Part shown: in pieces, positions 47,691 to 61,499 of the stretch
Position numbering within the stretch: the first letter of the stretch is position 1
Layout of the letters: each line of letters begins with the position of its first letter
Assembly (NCBI RefSeq): GCF_001194135.2
Contig: NC_069005.1
Coordinates: 21,362,398 to 21,426,397, forward strand
Origin: Octopus bimaculoides
Lineage: Eukaryota
Direction of reading: 5' to 3'
Length of the DNA stretch: 64,000 bases
Translations under genes and position numbers: made by a program
The notes under the pieces: model-generated
Databases searched by the model: none
Told to the model about the DNA's origin: nothing
Seen by the model: only the letters and a program-made list of their open reading frames with translations

Positions 47691-50061
47691 AGATACATGG
47701 TTGCCCAATCAGAGGGTGAGAGCAAGAGAAAGAGAGTGAATGATCGAGAATGAGAAAACGAGTGGAAGAGAATGAGAGGGTGAGAGTGCAAGTGAGAGCT
47801 GGAGAGAGATGGTGGTGAAGTGTCGGGACATACCCTCAAAGTATGGGGGATCAGAATACAAGTGGGATGGTAGAGTATTGCCAAGGGTACATGAGTAGGG
47901 AGTAGGGACTTCTCATGAATATAAAAAGGGGGGGGGTGAATGCAGTGACTGGTGAGACATGGGTATATGGAGGAGATGGGGGACAACAGGATTGGGGAGT
48001 GAGAGATAAGCATAGTGCATTGGCCAGTCCGTTGGTTACACGTGGTTGGGAAGCAAGCTTCTTACCACAGCCACTCCTGCGCCTGGTAAACACGCAATTA
48101 ATAAACAGACAAATGAACAAACCAAGGCCTAATGTAATGCAGCCAAAGCATAGTGGTACACACTTGGTTTTGTTTTGTCAACTGACAAACTACTTAATGC
48201 ACTAAAAATATATTGTGTTTATTTAAGAGTTATTAAAAGATTTGAATAATATTTTTTCTGAATAACATACACACACTTACACACACACATACTCACACAG
48301 GCATGCATACATCTTTTTACTTGTTTGAGTCACTAAACTGCAGCCATGCTGGGGCATCCCCTTGAAGAATATTTAGTTGAGTGAATCAGCCCCAGTACTT
48401 TTCTTTTTAAGCCTGGCACTTATTCTTAGAGTTCTTTGCTGAACCACTAAACACAGGAACACCGGTTGTCAAGTAGATACAGAGAGAGAGACACACACAC
48501 ACACACTAACATTTACATAGGCATGCATACATCTTTTTATTTGTTTCAGTCACTAGATTATTATAGCCATGCTGGGGCACCACCTTGAAGAATTTTTTGA
48601 GTAAATCGACCCCCCACCCCACCAGTACCTTTTTTTTTCTTTTAAGCCTGGTATTTATTCTATCGAACTCTTTGCTGAACCACTCAGTTTTGGGGACATA
48701 AACACACCAACACCCGTTGTCAAGCAGTGGTGGGGGCACAAACACAGGCACAAAGACACACGCACGTGTGTTTGTGTGTTTGACCCTCTGGTCAATAACT
48801 GATGAGGATTTGGTGACCTTGTGTGTCTGTTTCCTATTGGAGCAAATTAGGCTTACAGCTGTTTCCGAGAAGCAAGCCTTTTAATTGCACATCAACACAC
48901 ACACACATGACAGGCTACCAAATCCACCTACAAGGCTTTGGTTGGCCTGCCACTTTAATAGAAGACACTTGCCTAATATATTTAGAAGTAGTTATTTATA
49001 AAAAAATTAGGGAGTTGCAGTTTGCTTGCAGCATTGCAGAATATAGAACTAGCCTTCTATCACAACAAGGGTTCCAATTGATCCGATCAATGGAACAGCT
49101 GGCTCGTGAAATTAATGTGCAAGTGGCTGAGCACTCCACTGACACGTGTACCTTTAATGTAGTTTGAAAGGATATTTAGCAGAACACAGAATGTGACAAG
49201 GCTGGCCCTTTGAATTACAGGTACAACTCATTTTTACCAGCTGAGTAGACTGGAGCAACGTGAAATAACGTGTCTTGCTCCAAGACACAATGCACCACCA
49301 GGAATCGAACCAGCAACCTTATGATTGTCAGCCAAATACCCTAACCAACAAGTCACATGCCATACAGAATATAAAATAAAACCCAAATGCAGTGATGTAG
49401 AAAGCCATGACAATGCAATTAATTGCAGATTAAATATTCACCCCAGACACATGTTAGGCATTCATAATCTTGAATTATTAGATATCTCTGTCTGTTTGGC
49501 AGAATTTTAGTTCGCTGGCTGACTGCTAATTCCCATTAGTGATCTTACTCTGTGTTTGGTATCCTTTGTTTATATCTTTTCTGTATTAAGTTTGGTGTGT
49601 TCCTAAGTATTTTTGCTATTGCTTATATTTTACCCATTACTAAGGTGGGTGAGCTTGCAGAATCATTAATATGCTGGACAAAATGCTTCACAGTAATTTG
49701 TCCATTCTGAGTTCAAATTCCACCGAGGTCGACTTTGCCTTTCATCCTTTTGAGGTCGATAAAATAAGTACTAGTCATGTACTGGGGTTGATGTAATTGA
49801 CTTGCTCCCTCCCTGACATTTCAGGCCTTGTGCCTTTTGTAGAAAGGAGTATTTTACTTGTTCCTTATTTCTGAATATGACTACTACTGAATGTTGGTAA
49901 GTTTCTAGCAAATGGAACATGCAATATAAGTTTGAGTTACCAATTGTGCCATTCTGTTTCAGTTGTTCCTTATGTTTGCAATAAATTAAAGGGGAATGAT
50001 GAACTGCCATTGCCGTTGACATACTACATAATATAAATAATAATGATAAGAAGAAGAAGAT

Positions 50062-50605
50062 GAATGCAGTACCAGACAGTGGCTCTCATGGCTTCTAATC
50101 TTAACTGTTTTGTCTTGGTGTAAAAGATGGGCTACAGCAAATATTCTGTTCGGTACCACAGATTTGCTTGCCAATTGTTTGACCTTAACCAGTTGAACAT
50201 GTCCCTTAGTGGATGATATGTGTGTCTCTGATCACAAGTAGGAGAAGTAGGTGGGGGCATCATAGCCATGTGTTGAGAGGGATTCTTTTGGGTCTGTATG
50301 ATTCACTTCTGGAAACACGGGTGTTTCATTTATCATCCTTAAATAAATCTTATTCAGGGCTCTTTGAGCAGGATGGGCTAGTCAACCCGAAGAAAATTCT
50401 AACTGGACCCCCACCTGCAAGATCATGCTCTGTTTATCTTGATATGAGATAACCATGTCGCCACATATGGTTGTGATGCATGTGCCTGGTGTACCCTTAT
50501 CAGACGGGTAGTCATGACGGGTATATTGGGCTTTGTATATTTGTACCCTGTATCACTTTGATGGTATGCATTGCTTTCTCACTCAATAATAATAATAATA
50601 ATAAT
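50062..50605 (+). mobile_element. Unclassified element ending in (AAT)n that shares an internal segment with MITE family M
   Basis: Follows a short AAT/AAG run and ends ctcactc(aat)n. 50137-50295 aligns by eye to 18567-18720. Confidence 0.45.
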
Positions 50606-51479
50606 CATTGTCATCTGCTGCCACCATTGTCTGTAGTTTAATATCTGCTTTTGCATGGATCAGACAGCTTACTGAGGCAAATTTTCTATGGCTTGATGCC
50701 CGTTTTGTTGTCAACCTTCACCTGTTGATGCCCTTGTTGTCAACCTTCACCTGTTTCTAAATTAGATAATATTCCCCCCTGGCCAGATATGTTTTTGCAG
50801 AAGAGTGGAAATGAATGATGCTGCTTGTATAACAGTGACACTCATTTACGGCTACCATGCAATTTCAAGACAAGAAAATACAAACATACACACATTCACA
50901 TACACATACATATGCAATGGGCTTCTTTTAATTACTGTCTACCAAACACACTCACAAGGCTTTGGTTGTCCCAGGGCTATATTAGAAGACACTTGCCCAG
51001 GGTGCCATGCTGTGGGACTGAACCCAAAACCATGTTGTCAGGAAACAGTTCTTGACTACACAGCCCGTAACCTACAAAGTCTTATGTGATACTTTACTTT
51101 TTTTTTCTTTTGTATCTGCCAAATGCTTAGCAACTAATGATAGTGTAAAATGTTTCCGAATTAAGCAAACATTTATATCAATGCACTTGAAAATGGATTT
51201 GTTAAAGAAATACAGATAACAGCAGTATTTTGTGAAATGCACATGAAATAAACACTGGTGATGTTTAACCCCATTCAGAAACTGTAGGAGCTTCTCAGAG
51301 ATATTGCAAAATTTTCTGAATCCATTACAATGTTTGGAAACCCTTCTGTATGATCAGCCAGTATTTCAGAGTTACAGATATTTTGCCCCTTAGGCAAAAA
51401 GCAAGCATGGAATAATCCTAGAGATAATAAGAAGACCTTGAATCATGGCATAACATTACTTTAACTGGGTATATTTTAA

Positions 51480-51671
51480 CCCTTTAGCATTCAAATTACT
51501 TTGTTTTCAAGTAATCCATTCATTGTCTTATAGCTTTGAGATTTTGATTATGTGATGTTTTATTTTCAGCATGACATTGTAGGGTAAGTGTGAGAGGCTG
51601 GATTTGGTTGAATTCAATATAAAACCAGTAGAATATTTGGGTTGGCTATGGCCAGTTTAAAAACTAAAGGA
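51480..51671 (+). mobile_element. piggyBac-type MITE family 1
   Basis: TTAA|ccctttagcatt ... aaactaaagga|TTAA. Confidence 0.78.
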
Positions 51672-54600
51672 TTAAGGAAAAATGGAAATGTGGTTGCTGA
51701 GATGAATTTTATGGATGGGTTCACATAATTTATTGGCATGGGAAGATAATCCAAAGCTAGTCCAACAGTCTTGCATTGGTAGTTATATTTGTGGCAGAAT
51801 GATGCTGCAAGAAACAGATATAGTATTCATTAGTATAAAAGTATTTAAGAACAGGTTTGGATAATCCCATATATTTTCTCTGTTAACAGTCTGTTCATAT
51901 TTGGTGTTGCACTCACAACGCACACACGTGCTTCAAGTAGAACAGATATTCCAGTTTAATTGCTTTAGTTCTCTTCATTTAAATTTAGATCAGCTGCAGT
52001 AAGAGTTTGATACAAAATAGAATTTGATTTTGATTTTTTTTTTCCCCCATTTCATATATTGACTCAGCTTGGCTGTGAGGTGAAGAAGTTTGCTTTGCAA
52101 CCATATGATTTTGTGTTCAGTCCCACAGTGCGACACCTTGGGCAAGTGTTTTCTACTGTTGTACACCAGGCCAACCAATGCTTTATGAGTGAATTTAGTA
52201 GACAGAAACTTTGTGGAAGCCTGCCGTGTGTGTATGAATGTGTTTGTGTGTGTGTGTGTGTGTAAGGCTGTATGAATGGCTGTGTTTGTCCCTCCTCTGC
52301 CAATTGACAACCAATGTTGATTTGTTTACATTTCTATAACATTGCAGTGTGGCAAAAGCAACTTATAGTCTAAGTTCCAGGCTTAAAAAAAGGAAGTATT
52401 GGGGTCAGTTCGTTTGAAGTGGTGCCCCAGCATAGTCACAGTTCAATGACTGAAACAAGCAGATATCTACACTCAGTATAATTTTTCTTGTGTAATTCTA
52501 TATTATCACAATTCCTGCTTTATGTCAGTGTCTTGTCTTTCTATTATCATTCTGTTATTATCATACTGTAATAATTTCTTCATATATTTCATATGAAACA
52601 TTAGAAGATGTAAGAACTGGATATTTCAATATTTGCAGAATATCGAGTAGTCTTAGAACCAGAAAAAAGAATATTTGTAAAAATTTATGTTCACAATTTT
52701 TTGTGTGTTTGTTTGTTTTCGGTTACATTGTTATCTTCCCAACCACTTTGTGATTTCAGAATAATATAGCTGTGAACTAAAGGAGAAATCTTTACGAGTA
52801 ATTGTATTCGTTGTTTTGTATGGTTTACAACAAATGTTGGTCATGTATGTGTGTGTGGGGGGGGGGGCACTGGTTTTATTACTGTTATTTCCAGCTAGTG
52901 TTTGTTGCACTCTTAACTCTTCCATAAGTTGATTTCCTAGTTTTTTTTTTTTTTAGTCTTTGTTGGTTGGACCGGTGGACCAATGGAGAAATTTGATTCA
53001 TCACCATTAATATTGATTGAGAGTTGATGAGTTGGAAATCTAAAATCAATAAATAGACTCAGAGGCAGAATGCATTTACAAATTTTTAACCGTATGCATA
53101 CAAAGAAAAAAACAAAAATTCAATCTCAGTGCATCTTGTATAATTTTATTTTGTTTTATATATNNNNNNNNNNNNNNNNNNNNNNNNNNNNNNNNNNNNN
53201 NNNNNNNNNNNNNNNNNNNNNNNNNNNNNNNNNNNNNNNNNNNNNNNTATATTGTGTCACAGTCTAGGAATAATAGCAGTTGTTGGTTACAGGTATCCAA
53301 CAGGCTAGTCTCTGGTGCATTGCATTTTTATCAACAAGAATGACAAGCAAGTTTGTGTAACTGAGCGAAGAAGAAACAATTTGTTATGTTTATTTATTTA
53401 TTTTCATCTTCACAATGACTTTCATATCCTTTATTGATCTGCATCTGGAAGACAAGGGACATCTTTTATTGATATGGGTCAATAAGACCTGGGACGAAGT
53501 TTTGAAAGCTGATCTGAAAATGCTGACCCCTTACAAAGGAGATGACAGAGGACCAAGCTATGTGGTGCATTGTTAAACTTGAAAAGACCTGCCCACCACA
53601 ACAGAATTGGGATCCTAAAACCAAGGTTCCACTTAAAAAGCACTTGTGATGGTGCCGTATAAAAAGGTCCCAGTACACTCCTAATGAAGCAGTTGGCATT
53701 AAGAAGGGCATCTAGCCATAGAAACCAAGCCAATACAGATTACGGTACCTGGTGCAGCTCCTGGCCTTACCAGTTTCTGCCAAGCCGCCCAACCCATGCC
53801 AGCATGGAAAACAGACATTAAACGATGATGATGATGACGATCTGATGTGTGTGTGTGTGTAATGGGCTCTCCCATTAATTTTGACATATTCTGACCTAAC
53901 GGCACTTTTTCTTCTTTTGTTTTAGTTCTGATCTCCATGTTTCTTATAAGACTTTAATCTAGCCAACAATTTAGAAAGGTCCTTAAATTGTACTAAAGAA
54001 AGGATTGTTATACAAAGCATCTGGCATGCTAGTTCAAGACTTTGTCTTTACTCTCAGTTCTTTAAGATGATCCAGACTGCTCAGTATAATGAGCTTCTGT
54101 GCAGTTTCCACTTACTAAATTCCACATACAATTTATTGATCATCCTGGGCCTATGGCAGTAGAAGACACCTTCTGAACCCAGAAACTTTGCAGATGCAAT
54201 ACAAACTTCCTTAACTACACAGCCATTCTTGTTCCCATGTGTAATTAGATTTTTGCCTTCTGCCATGCTTTTTTCTGATTCTCAGACTTTTTGCCTTTAC
54301 TTCAAGTCACTTATAGTCACAATCTTTTGTTATTCTCATAATTTTCCCTTGCTTGAAACCATCCTGTCCCTCATCACATTCTATCTCCATTTACACATTT
54401 TTCTTTAATGAAACATTTCTCATAACTCTACCAGTTGGGGGTCTTTTGTATTTTGTACATATTAAATATATATTGGTGAGAATGTAGATATGAATATTTG
54501 TGTGTGTTCATACAATATATTTATAAAATACGATGCAAGGACATTTTGCTTCTTTTTTTTTTTTTTTTTTTTTTTTTTTTCTTTTGTTAATGCTAATATT

Positions 54601-55809
54601 TCTGAAAAGCCTTCAACTCTAATTGGCCTTGATTTCAACATACACTTTTTTGTTATTGTTTCAATGTATGCTTTCATTTTCACATTGATTGTACATTCTT
54701 TGTTCCTGTTATCCAATTTCTGACTCAATTTTAAATCGACTTCATGTTGATTGGGTTTTTGTCTTGGTTTTTTTTTTCATACCATTTTTTTTTCTTTTTT
54801 TTACCCTAATAACCAGAAGTTGCTTGCTGTAGTTATTTAGCCACCTAACTCTCAATGGTTATTTATATTCATGTGCGTGTGTGTGTGAATTGAACTAGAT
54901 TGTTTTTCCTTTAACTTTGCGTGTCACATTGGTTCCAATAATCCTCTGTCAGAATGTGATTTCATATGAGATCATCCACCAAGCCTACGAATTCATTTTC
55001 AATATATGTAACATTGTTTGTAATTTCTATAAGCCTTCCTATCATCTTTCACTGGCCCAAGTTTCATTACCATTCACATCAAATACAATCTGGATATTTT
55101 ATATGCAAAGAAAATCCCTTTAATCTCTGCACGTGTAAAAAAAATTGTCTGGACTTTTTTTTCCTTTTCTTTCAACTAGGAATGATTCCAATCATTGTGC
55201 TTTAATTAGTCTTTCCTGTTTCATGCATTGACGATCCTGGATAATGCAATAAAATAAATAAATAAATGAATAGAATCTGTTTTTGTTTTTTTTTCTTAAT
55301 TTTTAATTTTTTATTTTACAACTTTCAGAGTCTCATCAGATGAAGACATAATTTATGGATAATAGTTACATTTGCTCACACATGTTACACTTGTATTTTT
55401 AATTTTCTCTCAGCATATTAGCAATGTGATTGTTGCCTTTGAGTTCATATTGATTTCTTTAGATCAATATTGATTCGTTCTGACTAGGCACAAAGCCAAT
55501 TTTTTACAAAAAGAAGAACAGAGTCAATTAGATTGTCTTCAGTATATTTCTGGTACTTAGTTTGTTGACCTCACAGAAACAAAAGATTTCTAGAAATCAA
55601 TTTTGTTTATAATACTAGTGTGTGTGTGTGTGAATTTATTTTTTGATATCTGTCGGAACCTGTATATCTCTAATTCCCTTGTTCTCCCCACTCACTCTGT
55701 ATCTGACTGTTGATCTACCTATGTCCATCTGAGACTCCATCCGGTTATGTAAGCTTTATAATACTTGTCACAACACACCTACAGATGAGTAATAATGGTG
55801 TTGGCAATG

Positions 55810-56408
55810 CTTGCCACCACCACTGTTATCATCAGCGCTACCACCACCACCACCACCATCAACGTTGTCATCGTCATCATCATCATCACTATCGTCATCA
55901 CTACCACCACCATCATTGTCATCATCATCATTACTATCCTCATCATTACCACCACCATCATCATCATCACTACCACCACCATCATTGTCATCATCATCAT
56001 CATCATCATCATTACTATCCTCATCATCACCACCACCATCATCATTGTCATCATCATCATTACTATCCTCATCATTACCACCACCATCATCATCATCACT
56101 ACCACCACCATCATTGTCATCATCATCATTACTATCCTCATCNNNNNNNNNNNNNNNNNNNNNNNNNNNNNNNNNNNNNNNNNNNNNNNNNNNNNNNNNN
56201 NNNNNNNNNNNNNNNNNNNNNNNNNNNNNNNNNNNNNNNNNNNNNNNNNNNNNNNNNNNNNNNNNNNNNNNNNNNNNNNNNNNNNNNNNNNNNNNNNNNN
56301 NNNNNNNNNNNNNNNNNNNNNNNNNNNNNNNNNNNNNNNNNNNNNNNNNNNTCATCACCACCACCACCATCATCATCGCTATTGTCATCACCATCACAAC
56401 CACCGCTG

Positions 56409-56444
<36 letters not shown>

Positions 56445-56510
56445 CTATCCTCATCATCACCACCACCACCATCATCATCGCTATTGTCATCACCATCACA
56501 ACCACCGCTG

Positions 56511-56553
<43 letters not shown>
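55810..56553. repeat. Compound CAT/CAC trinucleotide satellite with higher-order repeat units (contains an N gap)
   Basis: Recurrent blocks of about 69 bp (caccatcattgtcatcatcatcattactatcctcatcattaccaccacc...) left of the gap and a longer repeated block (catcgctattgtcatcaccatcacaaccaccgctgtc...) twice to the right. Confidence 0.9.
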
Positions 56554-56555
<2 letters not shown>

Positions 56556-57687
56556 CAATAATGGCCTCTTTGTGTTTAATTTCACCATATTCCACTACAT
56601 CCTTATCCTTTCAAAATCAATATCAAAGAAACAAATTTTTTTTTTTTTTCTTCCTTCTTGGAATAGATAGTACTCCAAAATACAACCTCAGCTTCAAATA
56701 ACTCATCCACTATTAATCATAAATCACCTAAATTTCTGTTATTGTTGCTATTGTTGCTGCTGTTGTGTTTTTATTTTTATGTATTTATGTATTTTATTTG
56801 CTGCTGGTTTTTGTATCTGATTTTCATCTCATTTCTTTTTTTCCTCCTCTCAGAAATGGAGTAATTGGATGGTTCTGCTAATGTTCATATTTGCATATGT
56901 CTTTATTCATGTGTTTTTTTTTTGTTTTTTTTCTTTTTTGTCTAAGGCACAAGACTGATTTTTGTAATGGGAAAGAACAAAATAATGTTGTCGATACTTA
57001 TTCTATAAACTATGGCAGAACATGAATTTAGAACTGAGTGGAATGAAATATAAAATATTTTAATTTCCTTTTTATTTTATTTTTTTCTTCTTCTGGTTTA
57101 TAAAGTCAATCAGGAGAATTGAAGATAATGATACGACTTTCGTAGGGTCTCTTAGGTTGGTAAGATTTGTGTGTATGTTATTCAATTATAAATGTTTTCT
57201 GGTGAATGTCTACAAGAAAAGTGTAGGTAGATAAAGAATTCAAGAAGGATTGTGTGAACTAGCATCTAGTGTAGGATCTGAGAGGTGAGTCACAGTGGGG
57301 GGTATGAGAGGGAGGGAGACAGGTGCGCCTGGCGGAACTGACTGACGGAATATGCAGAATGCAGACATTTCAGAAGAGAAGAAACTATTGAGTAGTAGTA
57401 GTGGTAGTGGTAGTAGTAGTAGAGGGGAAAGAAAAGAAGTAGCATTTTTGTAAGCCAATGGGGCAAAGCATATTAATGAATGAATCTTTGCCAATCAGCT
57501 ACTTGGTTTTCTTTTTCTTTTAGGTATGTTCGAGTATTTTTGCGTGCATAGCATTGCACTGCCCCAGATCTTGAGTCGAGGCATCAACCATGTTAATCTC
57601 ACCAGCCTGGGATGGCCTCCTAAGGCTTTGAGTACGGTCCTCCTCCTCCTCCTCCAATGCCTAAGTTATTGTAAAAAGAACAGATAT

Positions 57688-58032
57688 AGGCGCAGGAGTG
57701 ACTGTGTGGTAAGTAGCTTGCTTACCAACCACATAGTTCTGGGTTCAGTCCCACTGTGTGGCACCTTGGGCAAGTGTCTTCTACTATAGCCTCGGGCCAA
57801 CCAAAGCCTTGTGAGTGGATTTGGTAGACGGAAACTGAAAGAAGCCCGTCGTATATATGTATGTATGTGTGTGTGTGTCTGTGTTTGTCTCCCTAGCATT
57901 GCTTGACAACCAATGCTGGTGTGTTTATGTCCTTGTCAATTAGCGGTTCGGCAAAAGAGACCGATAGAATAAGTACTAGGCTTACAAAGAATAAGTCCCA
58001 GGGTCGATTTGCTTGACTAAAGGTGGTGCTCC
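57688..58032 (+). mobile_element. SINE family A running into an N gap
   Basis: ggcgcaggagtgactgtgtggtaagtagcttgcttacc... Confidence 0.88.
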
Positions 58033-58206
58033 NNNNNNNNNNNNNNNNNNNNNNNNNNNNNNNNNNNNNNNNNNNNNNNNNNNNNNNNNNNNNNNNNNNN
58101 NNNNNNNNNNNNNNNNNNNNNNNNNNNNNNNNNNNNNNNNNNNNNNNNNNNNNNNNNNNNNNNNNNNNNNNNNNNNNNNNNNNNNNNNNNNNNNNNNNNN
58201 NNNATA

Positions 58207-58550
58207 TTCATCATCATCATCATCGTTTAATGTCCGCTTTCCATGCTGGCATGGGTTGGACAGTTTGACTGAGGACTGGTGAGCCAGAGGCTGTACCAGG
58301 CTCAATCTGATCTGGCAAAGTTTCTACAGCCGGATGCCCTTCCTCACACCAACCACTCCGAGAGTGTAGTGGGTGCTTTTATGTGCCACCGGCACGAGGG
58401 CCAGTCAGGCAGTTCTCGCAACAACCACGCTCAAAAGGTGATTTTACATGCTACCTGCACAGGAGCCTGTCTGGCAGCACTGGCAACGACCACACTCAAA
58501 TGTTGTTTCTCACGTACCGCTGGCACATGTGCCGGTAAGGCGGTGATCTG
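58207..58550 (-). mobile_element. Family D element
   Basis: (CAT)n tail and the ggatgcccttcc...ccaaccactccgagagtgtagtgggtgc core. Confidence 0.75.
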
Positions 58551-58845
58551 AACACAGTCGGACTGTATCCGAAACCATGTAGTTGAATAGCAAGATTCTT
58601 ACCACACAGCCCTGCTGGAGCCTTTTTTTTTTCTTTGCCCAGTTTGGTAGAAGGAACAATGCCCATGGCTGTTGTGTAGAATGTTAGTGGTACAGCCACA
58701 AACATCCTAAATCATACCCAAAAAATACCATTTCACTGATTGACACTAACTCACACACCAACATGATTTTTTTTTTTTTAATTGGTTTTTATTATTTCAA
58801 ATTAATGAACTTATCAGCTGTTTTTTTTTTCTTTTGAAATTCTAG

Positions 58846-58921
58846 GTGGCCCGCAATGGTTGAAATAGATCCTGATTACACATCATACTTTGAATTTGAA
58901 GAAGAAGATAGTATGTATCCT
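58846..58921 (+). CDS. ZCWPW1: PWWP exon [25 protein letters not shown], phase 2-0
   Basis: Acceptor ttttttttttcttttgaaattctag and donor CCT|gtaagt. Joining TG|G completes GYPWWP across a 13744-nt intron. The 25 codons resemble human ZCWPW1 WPGMIESDPDLGEYFLFTSHLDSLP (recalled from memory; needs an alignment). Confidence 0.87.
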
Positions 58922-61499
58922 GTAAGTACTTCAAAATAAATCCTTAACTGTACATGAAATAGAAATGAGAAATTGTAATATTATTGCCTTTCAAAAAAAG
59001 TGAAGTTTCTAAAGCTGAGTCAAACTGGGTCAAAACTGGATCATAATCTTCATTTGCTGAGAGTTTTTCTCTACTCTGGTGCTGGTCTCTTTGAGAACTG
59101 CATCCTCCAAAGTGATACCAAGCCTCTGGAGAGCTTCCCTAATCATGTCCAGCTATCTTGTGCATTTGGGAATATTACGTTGCTTGGAAGCAGGTGAGGG
59201 TTAGTGACAGGAATGATAACCAGCTGTAGAAAATCTGCCTCAAGAAGCTTCATCTTACTCATGCAAGCATGGAAAAGAGATATTGAAATAATGGTGATAT
59301 TTTCTTTAACAGCTTTATGGAATCTGTTTATTCACCACTGTTCTTCAACCAAGATAGCACTTGTTAGTAAAATCCACCGTGTTCACTGTCTGTTTCACTT
59401 CATGTACTTCATGCCAACCTTTTTATCTTTCTCACTTTATAAACATGTAAATGACAACAACAACAACAACAGCAACATGTCTGTTCTGTGTGTCAGATGT
59501 ATGAAAGAGAGGACAAAGAAGCCTCAAAGCATGTCAGTTGCGTCGGTCATTCATTCAATGTAAAAGCAGTTCTAGTAGTGGTTGTATAGAGTAGTGGGAC
59601 TGGTTTTAAGATACAGGAAACCATGCTCAAACCATGACAATAAAAAAATACAGACCAAGGAGCACATTGAGCAAGTTAACAACTGTCGATATGAGTTTTA
59701 TGCAGCTAACTATTACAAACAAAGAAAATTTTCTCAGCAGGATTGATAAAAAATTATCTGAAAGAAACTTTAGAAAATGTCATTAAAAACATTCAATACC
59801 AAGCCTAACCTATGAGAACAAACTGTTTAAGACCAAATGAATGTCCATTCATAAAGGCTGAATGAAAATGGGGAAAATGCAACACAACAATATTTTTAGA
59901 GTATCTTAACACTTTGAGGGGAAATAAACAAGACAAATGAATTACTTAGCATGTCTTAAGAGAGTATTAAATCTGTAGTTTCTGTTAAGAACACATGGTT
60001 ATTTTTATGCTGTAATATTTATTTGAATGCAACACATACGTTTGGATATTACAAACAAGGCATACAGTATTCAATACATGTAGTATAGTGTATAATACAT
60101 GCATTATATCTTCAACTGGAAGAACATGTTTTGGAATAGAGTAGCCAGAGCAGTGTTTCTCAAGGTGGGATGCATTCCCCTCCAGTGGGGACATGAGTTA
60201 CTTCAGAATGGGACATGGAAAACAAAGGAATAAAACTTACAATAAGGTTTTAATTAAAATATCTTTTGTTATGGCTTCTCAAAAAGTTACCATTGGTTGC
60301 TTTTAGCAATATAGGTGGCTCGTCAGACCTGTTTGCTGGAAGTATAAATACAATCTTGGTCAACAGTGGAAAAAACCTTGAAATGAAATTCCTCTAAGCA
60401 AAAACCCCTTCTGGCTGAGACGGTCAGTTTATGTGTATTTTTCATTCACTAGTCAGAAAACAGGGAAGCGCATATCTCTAACACAAATTTTCTATCATGA
60501 GGGCACTGACTAAACACTTCACTATTTTGAATTTAATCTTGGGCCTCACAGAGGCAGACAAGTGATTGAGAACTTTGACAATATACCATGCTTGAGAAAA
60601 CCTGTCAAGCTATGTGAGATCATAGTCATGGCACATAAAAAGCACCCACTACACTCTTGGAGTGGTTGGCATTAGGAAGGGCATCTAGCTGTAGGAACCA
60701 TGCCAAATCAGATTAGGACCTGGTGCAGCTTCTCAGCTTACCAGTTTTCCGTAAAACTGCCCAACCCATGCTAGCATGGAAAACGGATGTTAAATTATGA
60801 TAATGATGATGACCCTAAAAGGATAAAAGGCAAAATCAAGCTTGACCAAATTTAAACTCAGGACATCAAGACAGACAAAATGCATTTTTCCCAGCATGCT
60901 AATGATTCAGCCAGCTTGCTGCCTTAACGAAGCCAGTAACGATATTATTTCTATATATCGTTGTGATGTAGTGCTATTTCAAGTAACAATTGTTTGACAT
61001 AGTTTCATTTGTTGCATAGGCATATATGAAACCTGTCTTATCTAAAAGTTTGAATGGAGTAACACCAATGCATCATACTTCAGTGTGTATATGTGTGTGG
61101 ATAGCGTGTAGAATAGGGTGTATGCTAGATTGAATGAGACATTTAGTCATAATTAGTCTATTGTCATATTTGTTACAATAAAAGCCAAAGGGTCAAACAC
61201 AATAACATAAGAATTAGTAATTGTGGTGTGAATGAATTTTTGTCTCTTATGTATTTGGTGTTTCATTATGCTTTGTATAACATATTTATCAGGTGTGAAT
61301 TTCTAGTTAGAATGAATCTATACCTGTGTGAGTGTAAGTATGGAGATGCAAACAGGAACAGTAGAACTCATAATATATGAATATATGTATATTTTTATTA
61401 ACTTTAGCAGAAGCAACAGAGTGACTCAAGAGCCAAGAGTTTTGTATGTTGGTATTTATCAAAGTTTGATAAGTGCCACTGCAAGAATCTCTCAGCCCA

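Noticed and set aside
55710-56701. Long poly-His, poly-Ile/Thr, poly-Ser/Pro and poly-Met ORFs as a His-rich structural protein
   Set aside because: All are frames of one CAT/CAC satellite, span an N gap, lack convincing splice sites and sit inside the intron that splits PW|WP.
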